From NCBI GenBank assembly GCA_030141605.1, contig JAQGDQ010000384.1, positions 87,167 to 151,166 on the forward strand: a stretch of DNA of 64,000 nucleotides, written 5' to 3'. Shown one piece after another: positions 52,793 to 61,980 of this stretch (its first letter is position 1; each line of letters begins with the position of its first letter). The translations under genes were made by a program, and so were the position numbers. The notes beneath the pieces were generated by a model that had not been told where the DNA came from, made no database searches, and saw only the letters and a list, made by a program, of their open reading frames with translations. This stretch comes from Tubiluchus corallicola. Lineage: Eukaryota > Animalia > Priapulida.

Positions 52793-54439
52793 TTATTCCG
52801 CCCTAAATTGCAAAACAGGCCACTCACCATCTTCCACCCAGTGCCAAGGGTTATCATTGTCCTCACCAAAATTCCAGTCAACGAAAACTTCAATTTCATC
52901 CTCGTCAGCATTTTTGCCATAATATTTGTCCCCTCTTTTTACTAAATCGTCCTTACTGAAAACACCCGTCCCTTCATCTCCAGCAGAACCATTTCGCCCT
53001 GTACTGGTTATATCCCAATAGCTAGCAGTAGCCTCTGTATAATTCTGCCCCACCAGGCCGCCGAGATAACTACTTCCCTTAACTCTCCCCGTTGCATAAC
53101 TATTGATAATCTTGTTACCACCAGCATTGGAATACCCCACCAGACCGCCGACACTACTCACTCCCGTAACATCTCCCGTTGCATAACAGTTGGTAAAAGT
53201 GCTACCAGAGGAGGCTATCCCCACCAGGCCGCCGATATTATTTCTCACTCCCGTAACATCTACCGTTGCATAACAGTTGGTAATATTGGATCCATTGGTA
53301 CCCCCATTGGTACCCCCCATCAGACCGCTGACATTTTTCACTCCCGTAACATCTCCTCCCATAACATAGCAGTTGGTAATAGTTATTCCTGGCGTATAGA
53401 GTCTCCCCACCAAGCCACCGACATATGTACCTCCCGTAACACCGCCTTCTGATATCACTATTCCAACATTCTTGATGCTTGATGCCAGAGTCCCAACAAA
53501 ATAACCAAACAAGCCTACATTATCTGCATCGCTGCGATCTATAAAGAAATTACTTATCACATTACCCCCTCCATCAAATGAACCCTTAAACAATGAACCG
53601 TCCCCAGCCCCCCCCCCCACAGGTAAAAAACCCTCTTCAGGAAGACTCTCCGGGAAAACACCTTCCGGTTCAGGGTCCGGCAAAGATATATCATTCATCA
53701 ATTTGTATTCACCGTCTAAATCATATTGCATGCCCTGTAAATCCTGCCAACTCCTTATACTATACTGCTCTTTGGTTGCGTTATATGTGTCATAGTGATT
53801 GTCACAACCATCGCAGAATATGACTAATTCAATAGTAATATCACCATCTTTTATAGAATTCAAACCATCAATAGAAAGCTCACTACCTCCTATTACGAAT
53901 GCTCCTCCTGTTATCTCTAATTCACCACTCCCTACACTTTTGTCTTCTATATTAAGTGCATAACGATATTCACCATCTGCCATATCTAAATCACTTATCT
54001 GAAACAAATCAGGCTTCTCAAAGTCGCCTGCTCCTATACGATTACCCTCTGCATCATAATAACTCGAAATACGAAAAGAGGGTAGTTCTGTTACAACTAC
54101 TGTATAATCCTGGCTGCTGCCATCTTCAGCTGTTACAGTATAAGTTGCTGCATCTGTGAAGTTTTGCGGGACTCCACTCTTCGGATATATACTGGCTTTA
54201 TCTGATACTTCTATAGTAGGAACCAATCCATTTGGATCTGTGCCATGGGGCACTCTTACAGTAATAGTAGTCCCTAAAATTGTTCCCTCATAATCTTTTT
54301 CCAATACACCATTTTCCTCTGCCTCAAAAACAAAATGCTTTATCTCGTTTTCATTAGAAGAGGTTGAGTCGTCCTTAGTACAACCCAATAAAAAAATAAA
54401 GCCAAATAAAGCTATTGTAAAGGATTTTAATGCTCTCAT
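52793..54439 (-). CDS. Surface lipoprotein, tandem paralog of 50952-52664 (likely start 54439)
   Basis: Same LLGC-TKDDSTSSNENEI start and the same architecture. Confidence 0.88.
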   Translation of the reverse strand: MRALKSFTIALFGFIFLLGCTKDDSTSSNENEIKHFVFEAEENGVLEKDYEGTILGTTITVRVPHGTDPNGLVPTIEVSDKASIYPKSGVPQNFTDAATYTVTAEDGSSQDYTVVVTELPSFRISSYYDAEGNRIGAGDFEKPDLFQISDLDMADGEYRYALNIEDKSVGSGELEITGGAFVIGGSELSIDGLNSIKDGDITIELVIFCDGCDNHYDTYNATKEQYSIRSWQDLQGMQYDLDGEYKLMNDISLPDPEPEGVFPESLPEEGFLPVGGGAGDGSLFKGSFDGGGNVISNFFIDRSDADNVGLFGYFVGTLASSIKNVGIVISEGGVTGGTYVGGLVGRLYTPGITITNCYVMGGDVTGVKNVSGLMGGTNGGTNGSNITNCYATVDVTGVRNNIGGLVGIASSGSTFTNCYATGDVTGVSSVGGLVGYSNAGGNKIINSYATGRVKGSSYLGGLVGQNYTEATASYWDITSTGRNGSAGDEGTGVFSKDDLVKRGDKYYGKNADEDEIEVFVDWNFGEDNDNPWHWVEDGEWPVLQFRAE

Positions 54440-54453
54440 AATAAGATATTTAC

Positions 54454-54657
54454 TACTTATACGTTCAACTAAATCGCTAATTATCCGCGGTACAAATATA
54501 TATAAAAAAACAAAAAACAAAAAAAAGCAAATTTATATAAATAAAGCGTGCTACTTATACGTTCAACTAAATCGCTAATTATCCGCGGTACAAATATAAA
54601 AAAAACAAACAAAAAACAAACAAAAAGCAAATTTATATAAATAAAGCGTGCTACTTA
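54454..54657 (-). promoter_or_regulatory. Tandemly duplicated (about 97-100 bp) promoter region of the GLUG pair
   Basis: Unit ctacttatacgttcaactaaatcgctaattatccgcggtacaaatata..aaagcgtg occurs twice; each has TATATTTG (minus strand) with upstream TTTG in T-rich runs. Confidence 0.8.
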
Positions 54658-54749
54658 CTGCAGCAAAGAAGAAGATTTAAAAGGGCTTAAAAGTGCAGAA
54701 TGGGCACAGACGTTATTTACAGAAAACGCTTTTTTAACAAAAGTAAATG

Positions 54750-55050
54750 AGATGTACCAGGCGGTATCCATACACGGCAGCCTGCTCTCTTTTAAAGCGT
54801 TTTCTGTAACGGGAGAGATAGTTGACAAATTTTGAATTGAGGAAAACAGGGATGGACGAAATAGAGTTATCGAACCAGCAAATACAAAATAAAAAGTCTA
54901 TTGGGCATTTCCACTGAGCCACACACTCCCCCTGCTGCTGATCCAATTTTTGTCTAACCCATAATTATACCGGGAAAAAGCTCCGCTTTGTTTAAATTAA
55001 CAAAAAGTTAAATTATTTAAGACTCAAAGAGCAGCTTAAAAAGTAAATTG
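54750..55050 (+). repeat. About 300-bp diverged direct repeat, copy 2 (pseudogene fragment of the phosphatase 3' end)
   Basis: Homologous to 50395-50708, with a 1-bp indel (caaattttg versus caaatttg). Confidence 0.9.
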
Positions 55051-55088
55051 CGGACTCTTATTTTTAGTTTAATTAAAAATTTTACGAC

Positions 55089-56903
55089 ATGAAAAAGCCA
55101 CTATCTTTTTTTTGGTCTACTTCTATTTTATTCGCAGCTATACTATTATTAGCCTCCTGCTCTGAAAAATCTGAAAAAGAGTTTATAAAAAGTAACTCAA
55201 TCCCTTTCCCTGGGTTGGATTTCTGGGTGCCGGATAATAATTTCAGAGCCTACCTGAAAGAAATAGTTCCCGATGCCTTCACTTCCAACAGCTACCTTAT
55301 CACCAATCATCCCAGTCTGGAAGATGTTAACGGAATAGGTGTAGAAAACCGGAATATTGCCTCCTTAAGTGGCATCCAGTTTTTTACAGCTGTACAGAAA
55401 CTGGACTGCTCCGAAAATCAGATCACAAGTTTAGATATAAGTAAAAATACGGCTTTAAAGGAGTTGGAGTGCCATAAAAACAACCTGACCGGATTGAATG
55501 TGAGTGGGCTTACGTTAATTAAACTATATGTGGATCAGAAGATAAAGTGTGATCCTTCTATTATAGCACTTAACCCAAAGGATTGTAAATATTGGAATGG
55601 GAGCGATCTCGTCTCCTATACACCAGCTACAGACTGCTCTTCTTCTGGTTCGGATTTCTGGGTGCCGGATAATAATTTCAGAGCCTACCTGAAAGAAATA
55701 GTTCCCGATGCCTTCACTTCCAACAGCTACCTTATCACCAATCATCCCAGTCTGGAAGATGTTAACGGAATAGGTGTAGAAAACCGGAATATTGCCTCCT
55801 TAAGTGGCATCCAGTTTTTTACAGCTGTAAAGAAACTGGACTGCTCCGAAAATAAGATCGCAAGCTTAGATGTAAGCAACAATACAGCTTTAAAGGATCT
55901 GGATTGCACTGGGAACCAACTCACAAACTTAAATGTAAGTAAAAATATAATCTTAAGGAAGCTGGATTGCTCTGATAATCAGCTTGCAAGCTTAAATATA
56001 AATAACAATTTAGTTTTAAAGGGACTGAACTGCACTGATAATCAGCTTGTAAGCTTAAATGTGAGTAACAATACGGCCTTAAGGGCTCTGGAGTGTTATA
56101 AAAATAGTCTGACCAGCTTGGACGTGAGCAGGCTTAGATTATTAGAAGAACTGTCTGTAGATCAAAAAATAAAGTGCGAGCCTTCTATTACAGAACGTAA
56201 CACGCGTAAGAGTAAATATTGGAATGGAAGCGATCTTATCCGCTACTACCCAACTATAGAATGCTCTTCTGGCAATCCGAATTTCTGGGTGACGGATGAT
56301 AACTTCAGAGCCTACCTGAAAGAAATAGTTCCCGATGCCTTCACTGTCAAGGACTCCCTTATCTCCAACCACTCCAGCTTGGTATCTATTACCAAAATAG
56401 ATGTCAAAAACCGTAAGATTGCCTCTTTAGATGGCATACAGTTTTTTGCAGCTATACAGAAGCTGGACTGCTCCGAAAATAAGCTCACAAGCTTAGATGT
56501 AAGTAAAAATAAGTCATTAAGAGAGTTGGAGTGCCATAAAAACAACCTGGCCGGATTGGATGTGAGTGGGCTTATGTTAATTAAACTATATGTGGATCAG
56601 AATATAAAATGTGAGGCATCTATTAGAAGACTTAAAGCTCCTAACAGTAAGTATTGGAATGGAAGCGATCTTGTCCCCTACTCACCGGCTATAGACTGCT
56701 CTTCTACTAGTTCGAACCGGGTGCAGGATGATAGCTTCGGAACAGGTCTGAAAAAAGCCGATTCCAATACTGTCACTTCCAGCAATAACCTTATCACCAA
56801 CAGCTCCAGCCTGAAGTCTATTATCAGAGTAGATGAAGGAAGCGGTGATGTCGCTTCTTTAGACGATGTTCAGTTTTTTACAGGTATTGATAAGCTGGAT
56901 TAA
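55089..56903 (+). CDS. Leucine-rich-repeat surface lipoprotein (3 capped LRR modules + a decayed fourth)
   Basis: Lipobox LASC; modules FWV.D.NFRAYLKE cap + 21-aa LxxLDCxxNxLxxLDVSxNx repeats + KC..YWNGSDL..Y.P..C cap. Confidence 0.9.
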   Translation: MKKPLSFFWSTSILFAAILLLASCSEKSEKEFIKSNSIPFPGLDFWVPDNNFRAYLKEIVPDAFTSNSYLITNHPSLEDVNGIGVENRNIASLSGIQFFTAVQKLDCSENQITSLDISKNTALKELECHKNNLTGLNVSGLTLIKLYVDQKIKCDPSIIALNPKDCKYWNGSDLVSYTPATDCSSSGSDFWVPDNNFRAYLKEIVPDAFTSNSYLITNHPSLEDVNGIGVENRNIASLSGIQFFTAVKKLDCSENKIASLDVSNNTALKDLDCTGNQLTNLNVSKNIILRKLDCSDNQLASLNINNNLVLKGLNCTDNQLVSLNVSNNTALRALECYKNSLTSLDVSRLRLLEELSVDQKIKCEPSITERNTRKSKYWNGSDLIRYYPTIECSSGNPNFWVTDDNFRAYLKEIVPDAFTVKDSLISNHSSLVSITKIDVKNRKIASLDGIQFFAAIQKLDCSENKLTSLDVSKNKSLRELECHKNNLAGLDVSGLMLIKLYVDQNIKCEASIRRLKAPNSKYWNGSDLVPYSPAIDCSSTSSNRVQDDSFGTGLKKADSNTVTSSNNLITNSSSLKSIIRVDEGSGDVASLDDVQFFTGIDKLD

Positions 56904-59900
56904 TTGTTTCGAGAATGTGAGTGGAGTTATGTTATGTAAACTTATGTGTAGATCAGAATATATGTGGAAGCAGTCCATCATCGGAGAGTAGCCGATAATG
57001 GACTGCTTTTAATTTTTTTATCAGAGCAAGCGCATAATAGTTTATCAGGATGTTCTGCCACAACAAGGTGTGCAGGAACTTGTGTAAAAGTAAAAAAACA
57101 TAAAACCCCAGTGCTATTTTCTGCAGGCAGTACAGAGCTAAGCATCTTTTGTAATACTCCTATCTCCTTTTAACCCTGTTTTTCAGTTTACCCTGCTAAT
57201 AGAAAATAGGACACCTCCAGGGCTTATCATCATATGTACCAAAGCTCCAGCCAACGAAAATTCAACATAAGAACCCGGACCTGTATCGTAGTATATGCCT
57301 TCATACTCTGCCATATTAGTTGCAGAAAAGATACCTACCCAATTTAATTTAAGTTAACAAAAATTTAAATTATTTAAAGCTCAAAAAACAGCTTAAAAAG
57401 TAAATTGCGGACTCTTATTTTTAGTTTAATTAAAATTTTACGATATGAAAAAGCCACTATCTTTTTTTTGGTGTACTTCTATTTTATTCGCAGCTATACT
57501 ATTATTACCCTCTTGCTATAAAAAAGAGGTAGTAGAAGATAACCGCACCTGGAATGGAGATGCTCCATTGAAAAGCCAAGAAGACTTGAACAATTTTTCT
57601 AATGACTATACTGAGGTAACTGGCAAATTGCAAATAGGTAGTGACGACGGTTCTTCGGATATAACTGATCTTAGACCCTTGGGGTCTATTACCCGTGTAG
57701 ATGATTTAGATATACGACGCAATAAAAATCTTAAAAGCCTGGAAGGCCTGAACATAGAGAAAGTAGAAGGACTTGTATCCATACTGGGCAATGACGGGCT
57801 GAACGATATGGATGGGCTGGAGGATTTGGTATCCGTAAAGGGGGGGATAATTATTGACAGCAACAGCAGCTTGCAAAGTTTGGGTGGATTAAGCAGCTTG
57901 GAGTTAGTCGGCGGGAACCTGACAGTTACAAATAATAAGGAGCTGAATAAGAATGGTTACTGTGTGATAAAACCGCTGCTAAGCAATAGTAGTGTAGGAG
58001 GCAGCGTAGAGATATCCGGTAATAGGGATAACCCTACAGTAGAGGGCATACTAGAAATGGACTGTAATTCAGACCTTTTCTGGGTGACAGATGATAACTT
58101 CAGAGACTACCTGAAAGGAATAGTTGCCAACGCGTTCAACACCAAAAACTACCTTATTACCACCCATTCCAGTCTGGGAAATGTTACCGAAATAGATGTC
58201 GAAAAACGTAAGATTACCTCTTTAAGTGGCATTCAGTTTTTTACAAATGTACAGGAGCTGGACTGCTCCGAAAATCAGATCACAAGTTTAGATATAAGTA
58301 ATAATACGGCTTTAAAGAATCTGGATTGCGAAAGCAATCAGCTCACAAGCTTAGATGTAAGTAATAATACGAATTTGAAGGATCTAGAGTGTTATAAAAA
58401 CAGTCTGACCAGCTTGGACGTGAGCGGGCTTACACAATTAATAAAGTTGTCTGTAGATCATAATATAAAGTGCGACCCTTCTATTATAGCACTTAACCCT
58501 TCTGACAGTAAATATTGGAATGGAAGCGATCTTGTCCCCTATTCACCAGCTACAGACTGCTCTTCTTCTGGCTCGGATTTCTGGGTGCCGGATAATAACT
58601 TCAGAGCCTACCTGAAAGAAATAGTTCCTAGTGCCTTCACTTCCAACGACTATCTTGTCACCAACCATTCCAGCCTGGAATCTGTTACCGAAATAGATGT
58701 CGATGACCAGAATATTGCCTCTTTAAATGGCATTCAGTTTTTTACAAATGTACAGGAGCTGGACTGCTCCGAAAATCAGCTCACAAGCTTAGATGTAAGT
58801 AATAATACGAATTTGAAGGATCTAGAGTGTTATAAAAACAGTCTGACCAGCTTGGACGTGAGCGGGCTTACACAATTAATAAAGTTGTCTGTAGATCATA
58901 ATATAAAGTGCGACCCTTCTATTATAGCACTTAACCCTTCTGACAGTAAATATTGGAATGAGTGCGACCTTGTCTCCTATACACCAGCTACAGACTGCTC
59001 TTCTTCTGGTTCGGATTTCTGGGTGCCGGATAATAATTTCAGAGCCTACCTGAAAGAAATAGTTCCCGATGCCTTCACTTCCAACGACCACCTTATCACC
59101 AATCATCCCAGTCTGGAAGATGTTAACGGAATAGGTGTAGAAAACCGGAATATTGCCTCCTTAAGTGGCATCCAGTTTTTTACAGCTGTAAAGAAACTGG
59201 ACTGCTCCGAAAATAAGATCGCAAGCTTAGATGTAAGCAACAATATAGCTTTAATGGATCTGGATTGCACTGGGAACCAACTCACAAACTTAAATGTAAG
59301 TAACAATATAATCTTAAGGAAGCTGGATTGCTCTGATAATCAGCTTGCAAGCTTAAATATAAATAACAATTTAGTTTTAAAGGGACTGAACTGCACTGAT
59401 AATCAGCTTGTAAGCTTAAATGTGAGTAACAATACGGCCTTAAGGGCTCTGGAGTGTTATAAAAATAGTCTGACCAGCTTGGACGTGAGCAGGCTTAGAT
59501 TATTAGAAGAACTGTCTGTAGATCAAAAAATAAAGTGCGAGCCTTCTATTATAGCACTTAACCCTTCTGACAGTAAATATTGGAATGGAAGCGATCTTAT
59601 CCGCTACTACCCAACTATAGAATGCTCTTCTGGCAATCCGAATTTCTGGGTGACGGATGATAACTTCAGAGCCTACCTGAAAGAAATAGTTCCCGATGCC
59701 TTCACTGTCAAGGACTCCCTTATCTCCAACCACTCCAGCTTGGTATCTATTACCAAAATAGATGTCAAAAACCGTAAGATTGCCTCTTTAGATGGCATAC
59801 AGTTTTTTGCAGCTATACAGAAGCTGGACTGCTCCGAAAATAAGCTCACAAGCTTAGATGTAAGTAAAAATAAGTCATTAAGAGAGTTGGAGTGCTATAA

Positions 59901-61980
59901 AAACAACCTGGCCGGATTGGATGTGAGTGGGCTTATGTTAATTAAACTATATGTGGATCAGAATATAAAATGTGAGGCATCTATTAGAAGACTTAACGCT
60001 CCTAACAGTAAGTATTGGAATGGAAGCGATCTTGTCCCCTACTCACCGGCTATAGACTGCTCTTCTCCGGCTATAGACTGCTCTTCTACTAGTTCGAACC
60101 GGGTGCAGGATGATAGCTTCGGAACAGGTCTGAAAAAAGCCGATTCCAATACCGTCACTTCCAGCAATAACCTTATCACCAACAGCTCCAGCCTGAAGTC
60201 TATTATCAGAGTAGATGAAGGAAGCGGTGATGTCGCTTCTTTAGACGATGTTCAGTTTTTTACAGGTATTGATAAGCTGGATTAATTGTTTCGAGAATGT
60301 GAGTGGAGTTATGTTATGTAAACTTATGTGTAGATCAGAATATATGTGGAAGCAGTCCATCATCGGAGAGTAGCCGATAATGGACTGCTTTTAATTTTTT
60401 TATCAGAGCAAGCGCATAATAGTTTATCAGGATGTTCTGCCACAACAAGGTGTGCAGGAACTTGTGTAAAAGTAAAAAAACATAAAACCCCAGTGCTATT
60501 TTCTGCAGGCAGTACAGAGCTAAGCATCTTTTGTAATACTCCTATCTCCTTTTAACCCTGTTTTCAGTTTACCCTGCTAATAGAAAATAGGACACCTCCA
60601 GGGCTTATCATCATATGTGCCAAAGCTCCAGCCAACGAAAATTCAACATAAGAACCCGGACCTGTATCGTAGTATATGCCTTCATACTCTGCCATACTAG
60701 TTGCAGAAAAGACACCTACCCAATTTAATTTAAGTTAACAAAAATTTAAATTATTTAAAGCTCAAAAAACAGCTTAAAAAGTAAATTGCGGACTCTTATT
60801 TTTAGTTTAATTAAAATTTTACGATATGAAAAAGCCACTATCTTTTTTTTGGTGTACTTCTATTTTATTCGCAGCTATACTATTATTACCCTCTTGCTAT
60901 AAAAAAGAGGTAGTAGAAGATAACCGCACCTGGAATGGAGATGCTCCATTGAAAAGCCAAGAAGACTTGAACAATTTTTCTAATGACTATACTGAGGTAG
61001 CTGGCAAATTGCAAATAGGTAGTGACGACGGTTCTTCGGATATAACTGATCTTAGACCCTTGGGGTCTATTACCCGTGTAGATGATTTAGATATACGACG
61101 CAATAAAAATCTTAAAAGCCTGGAAGGCCTGAACATAGAGAAAGTAGAAGGACTTGTATCCATACTGGACAATGACGGGCTGAACGATATGGATGGGCTG
61201 GAGGATTTGGTATCCGTAAAGGGGGGGATAATTATTGACAGCAACAGCAGCTTGCAAAGTTTGGGTGGATTACGCAGCTTGGAGTTAGTCGGCGGGAACC
61301 TGACAGTTACAAATAATAAGGAGCTGAATAAGAATGGTTACTGTGTGATAAAACCGCTGCTAAGCAATAGTAGTGTAGGAGGCAGCGTAGAGATATCCGG
61401 TAATAGGGATAACCCTACAGTAGAGGGCATACTAGAAATGGACTGTAATTCAGACCTTTTCTGGGTGACAGATGATAACTTCAGAGACTACCTGAAAGGA
61501 ATAGTTGCCAACGCGTTCAACACCAAAAACTACCTTATTACCACCCATTCCAGTCTGGGAAATGTTACCGAAATAGATGTCGAAAAACGTAAGATTACCT
61601 CTTTAAGTGGCATTCAGTTTTTTACAAATGTACAGGAGCTGGACTGCTCCGAAAATCAGATCACAAGTTTAGATATAAGTAATAATACGGCTTTAAAGAA
61701 TCTGGATTGCGAAAGCAATCAGCTCACAAGCTTAGATGTAAGTAAAAATACGGCTTTGACAGATCTGGACTGCTCCGAAAATCAAATCACAAGCTTAGAT
61801 GTAAGTAATAATACGAATTTGAAGGATCTAGAGTGTTATAAAAACAGTCTGACCAGCTTGGACGTGAGCAGGCTTACACAATTAATAAAGTTGTCTGTAG
61901 ATCATAATATAAAGTGCGACCCTTCTATTATAGCACTTAACCCTTCTGACAGTAAATATTGGAATGGAAGCGATCTTGTC
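55650..61980 (+). repeat. About 3.4-kb-period tandem duplication underlying the LRR array
   Basis: 55650-57444 matches 59010-60825 including the intergenic DNA, and 57445-58560 matches 60826-62000; gene starts are 3381 bp apart. Confidence 0.92.
57445..60285 (+). CDS. LRR surface lipoprotein with receptor-L-domain-like N-terminus (4 modules + a decayed fifth)
   Basis: Lipobox LPSC; SQEDLNNF..TEVTGKLQI..LKSLEGL L-domain-like repeats, then capped LRR modules. Confidence 0.9.
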   Translation: MKKPLSFFWCTSILFAAILLLPSCYKKEVVEDNRTWNGDAPLKSQEDLNNFSNDYTEVTGKLQIGSDDGSSDITDLRPLGSITRVDDLDIRRNKNLKSLEGLNIEKVEGLVSILGNDGLNDMDGLEDLVSVKGGIIIDSNSSLQSLGGLSSLELVGGNLTVTNNKELNKNGYCVIKPLLSNSSVGGSVEISGNRDNPTVEGILEMDCNSDLFWVTDDNFRDYLKGIVANAFNTKNYLITTHSSLGNVTEIDVEKRKITSLSGIQFFTNVQELDCSENQITSLDISNNTALKNLDCESNQLTSLDVSNNTNLKDLECYKNSLTSLDVSGLTQLIKLSVDHNIKCDPSIIALNPSDSKYWNGSDLVPYSPATDCSSSGSDFWVPDNNFRAYLKEIVPSAFTSNDYLVTNHSSLESVTEIDVDDQNIASLNGIQFFTNVQELDCSENQLTSLDVSNNTNLKDLECYKNSLTSLDVSGLTQLIKLSVDHNIKCDPSIIALNPSDSKYWNECDLVSYTPATDCSSSGSDFWVPDNNFRAYLKEIVPDAFTSNDHLITNHPSLEDVNGIGVENRNIASLSGIQFFTAVKKLDCSENKIASLDVSNNIALMDLDCTGNQLTNLNVSNNIILRKLDCSDNQLASLNINNNLVLKGLNCTDNQLVSLNVSNNTALRALECYKNSLTSLDVSRLRLLEELSVDQKIKCEPSIIALNPSDSKYWNGSDLIRYYPTIECSSGNPNFWVTDDNFRAYLKEIVPDAFTVKDSLISNHSSLVSITKIDVKNRKIASLDGIQFFAAIQKLDCSENKLTSLDVSKNKSLRELECYKNNLAGLDVSGLMLIKLYVDQNIKCEASIRRLNAPNSKYWNGSDLVPYSPAIDCSSPAIDCSSTSSNRVQDDSFGTGLKKADSNTVTSSNNLITNSSSLKSIIRVDEGSGDVASLDDVQFFTGIDKLD

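Noticed and set aside
56964-57173. 69-aa ORF, repeated at 60346-60555
   Set aside because: GTG start within decayed LRR module DNA and no recognisable motif; the identity is explained by the tandem duplication.
1286-61244. Numerous short ORFs overlapping the long genes
   Set aside because: Antisense or alternate-frame shadows of well-supported CDSs, with no independent evidence.
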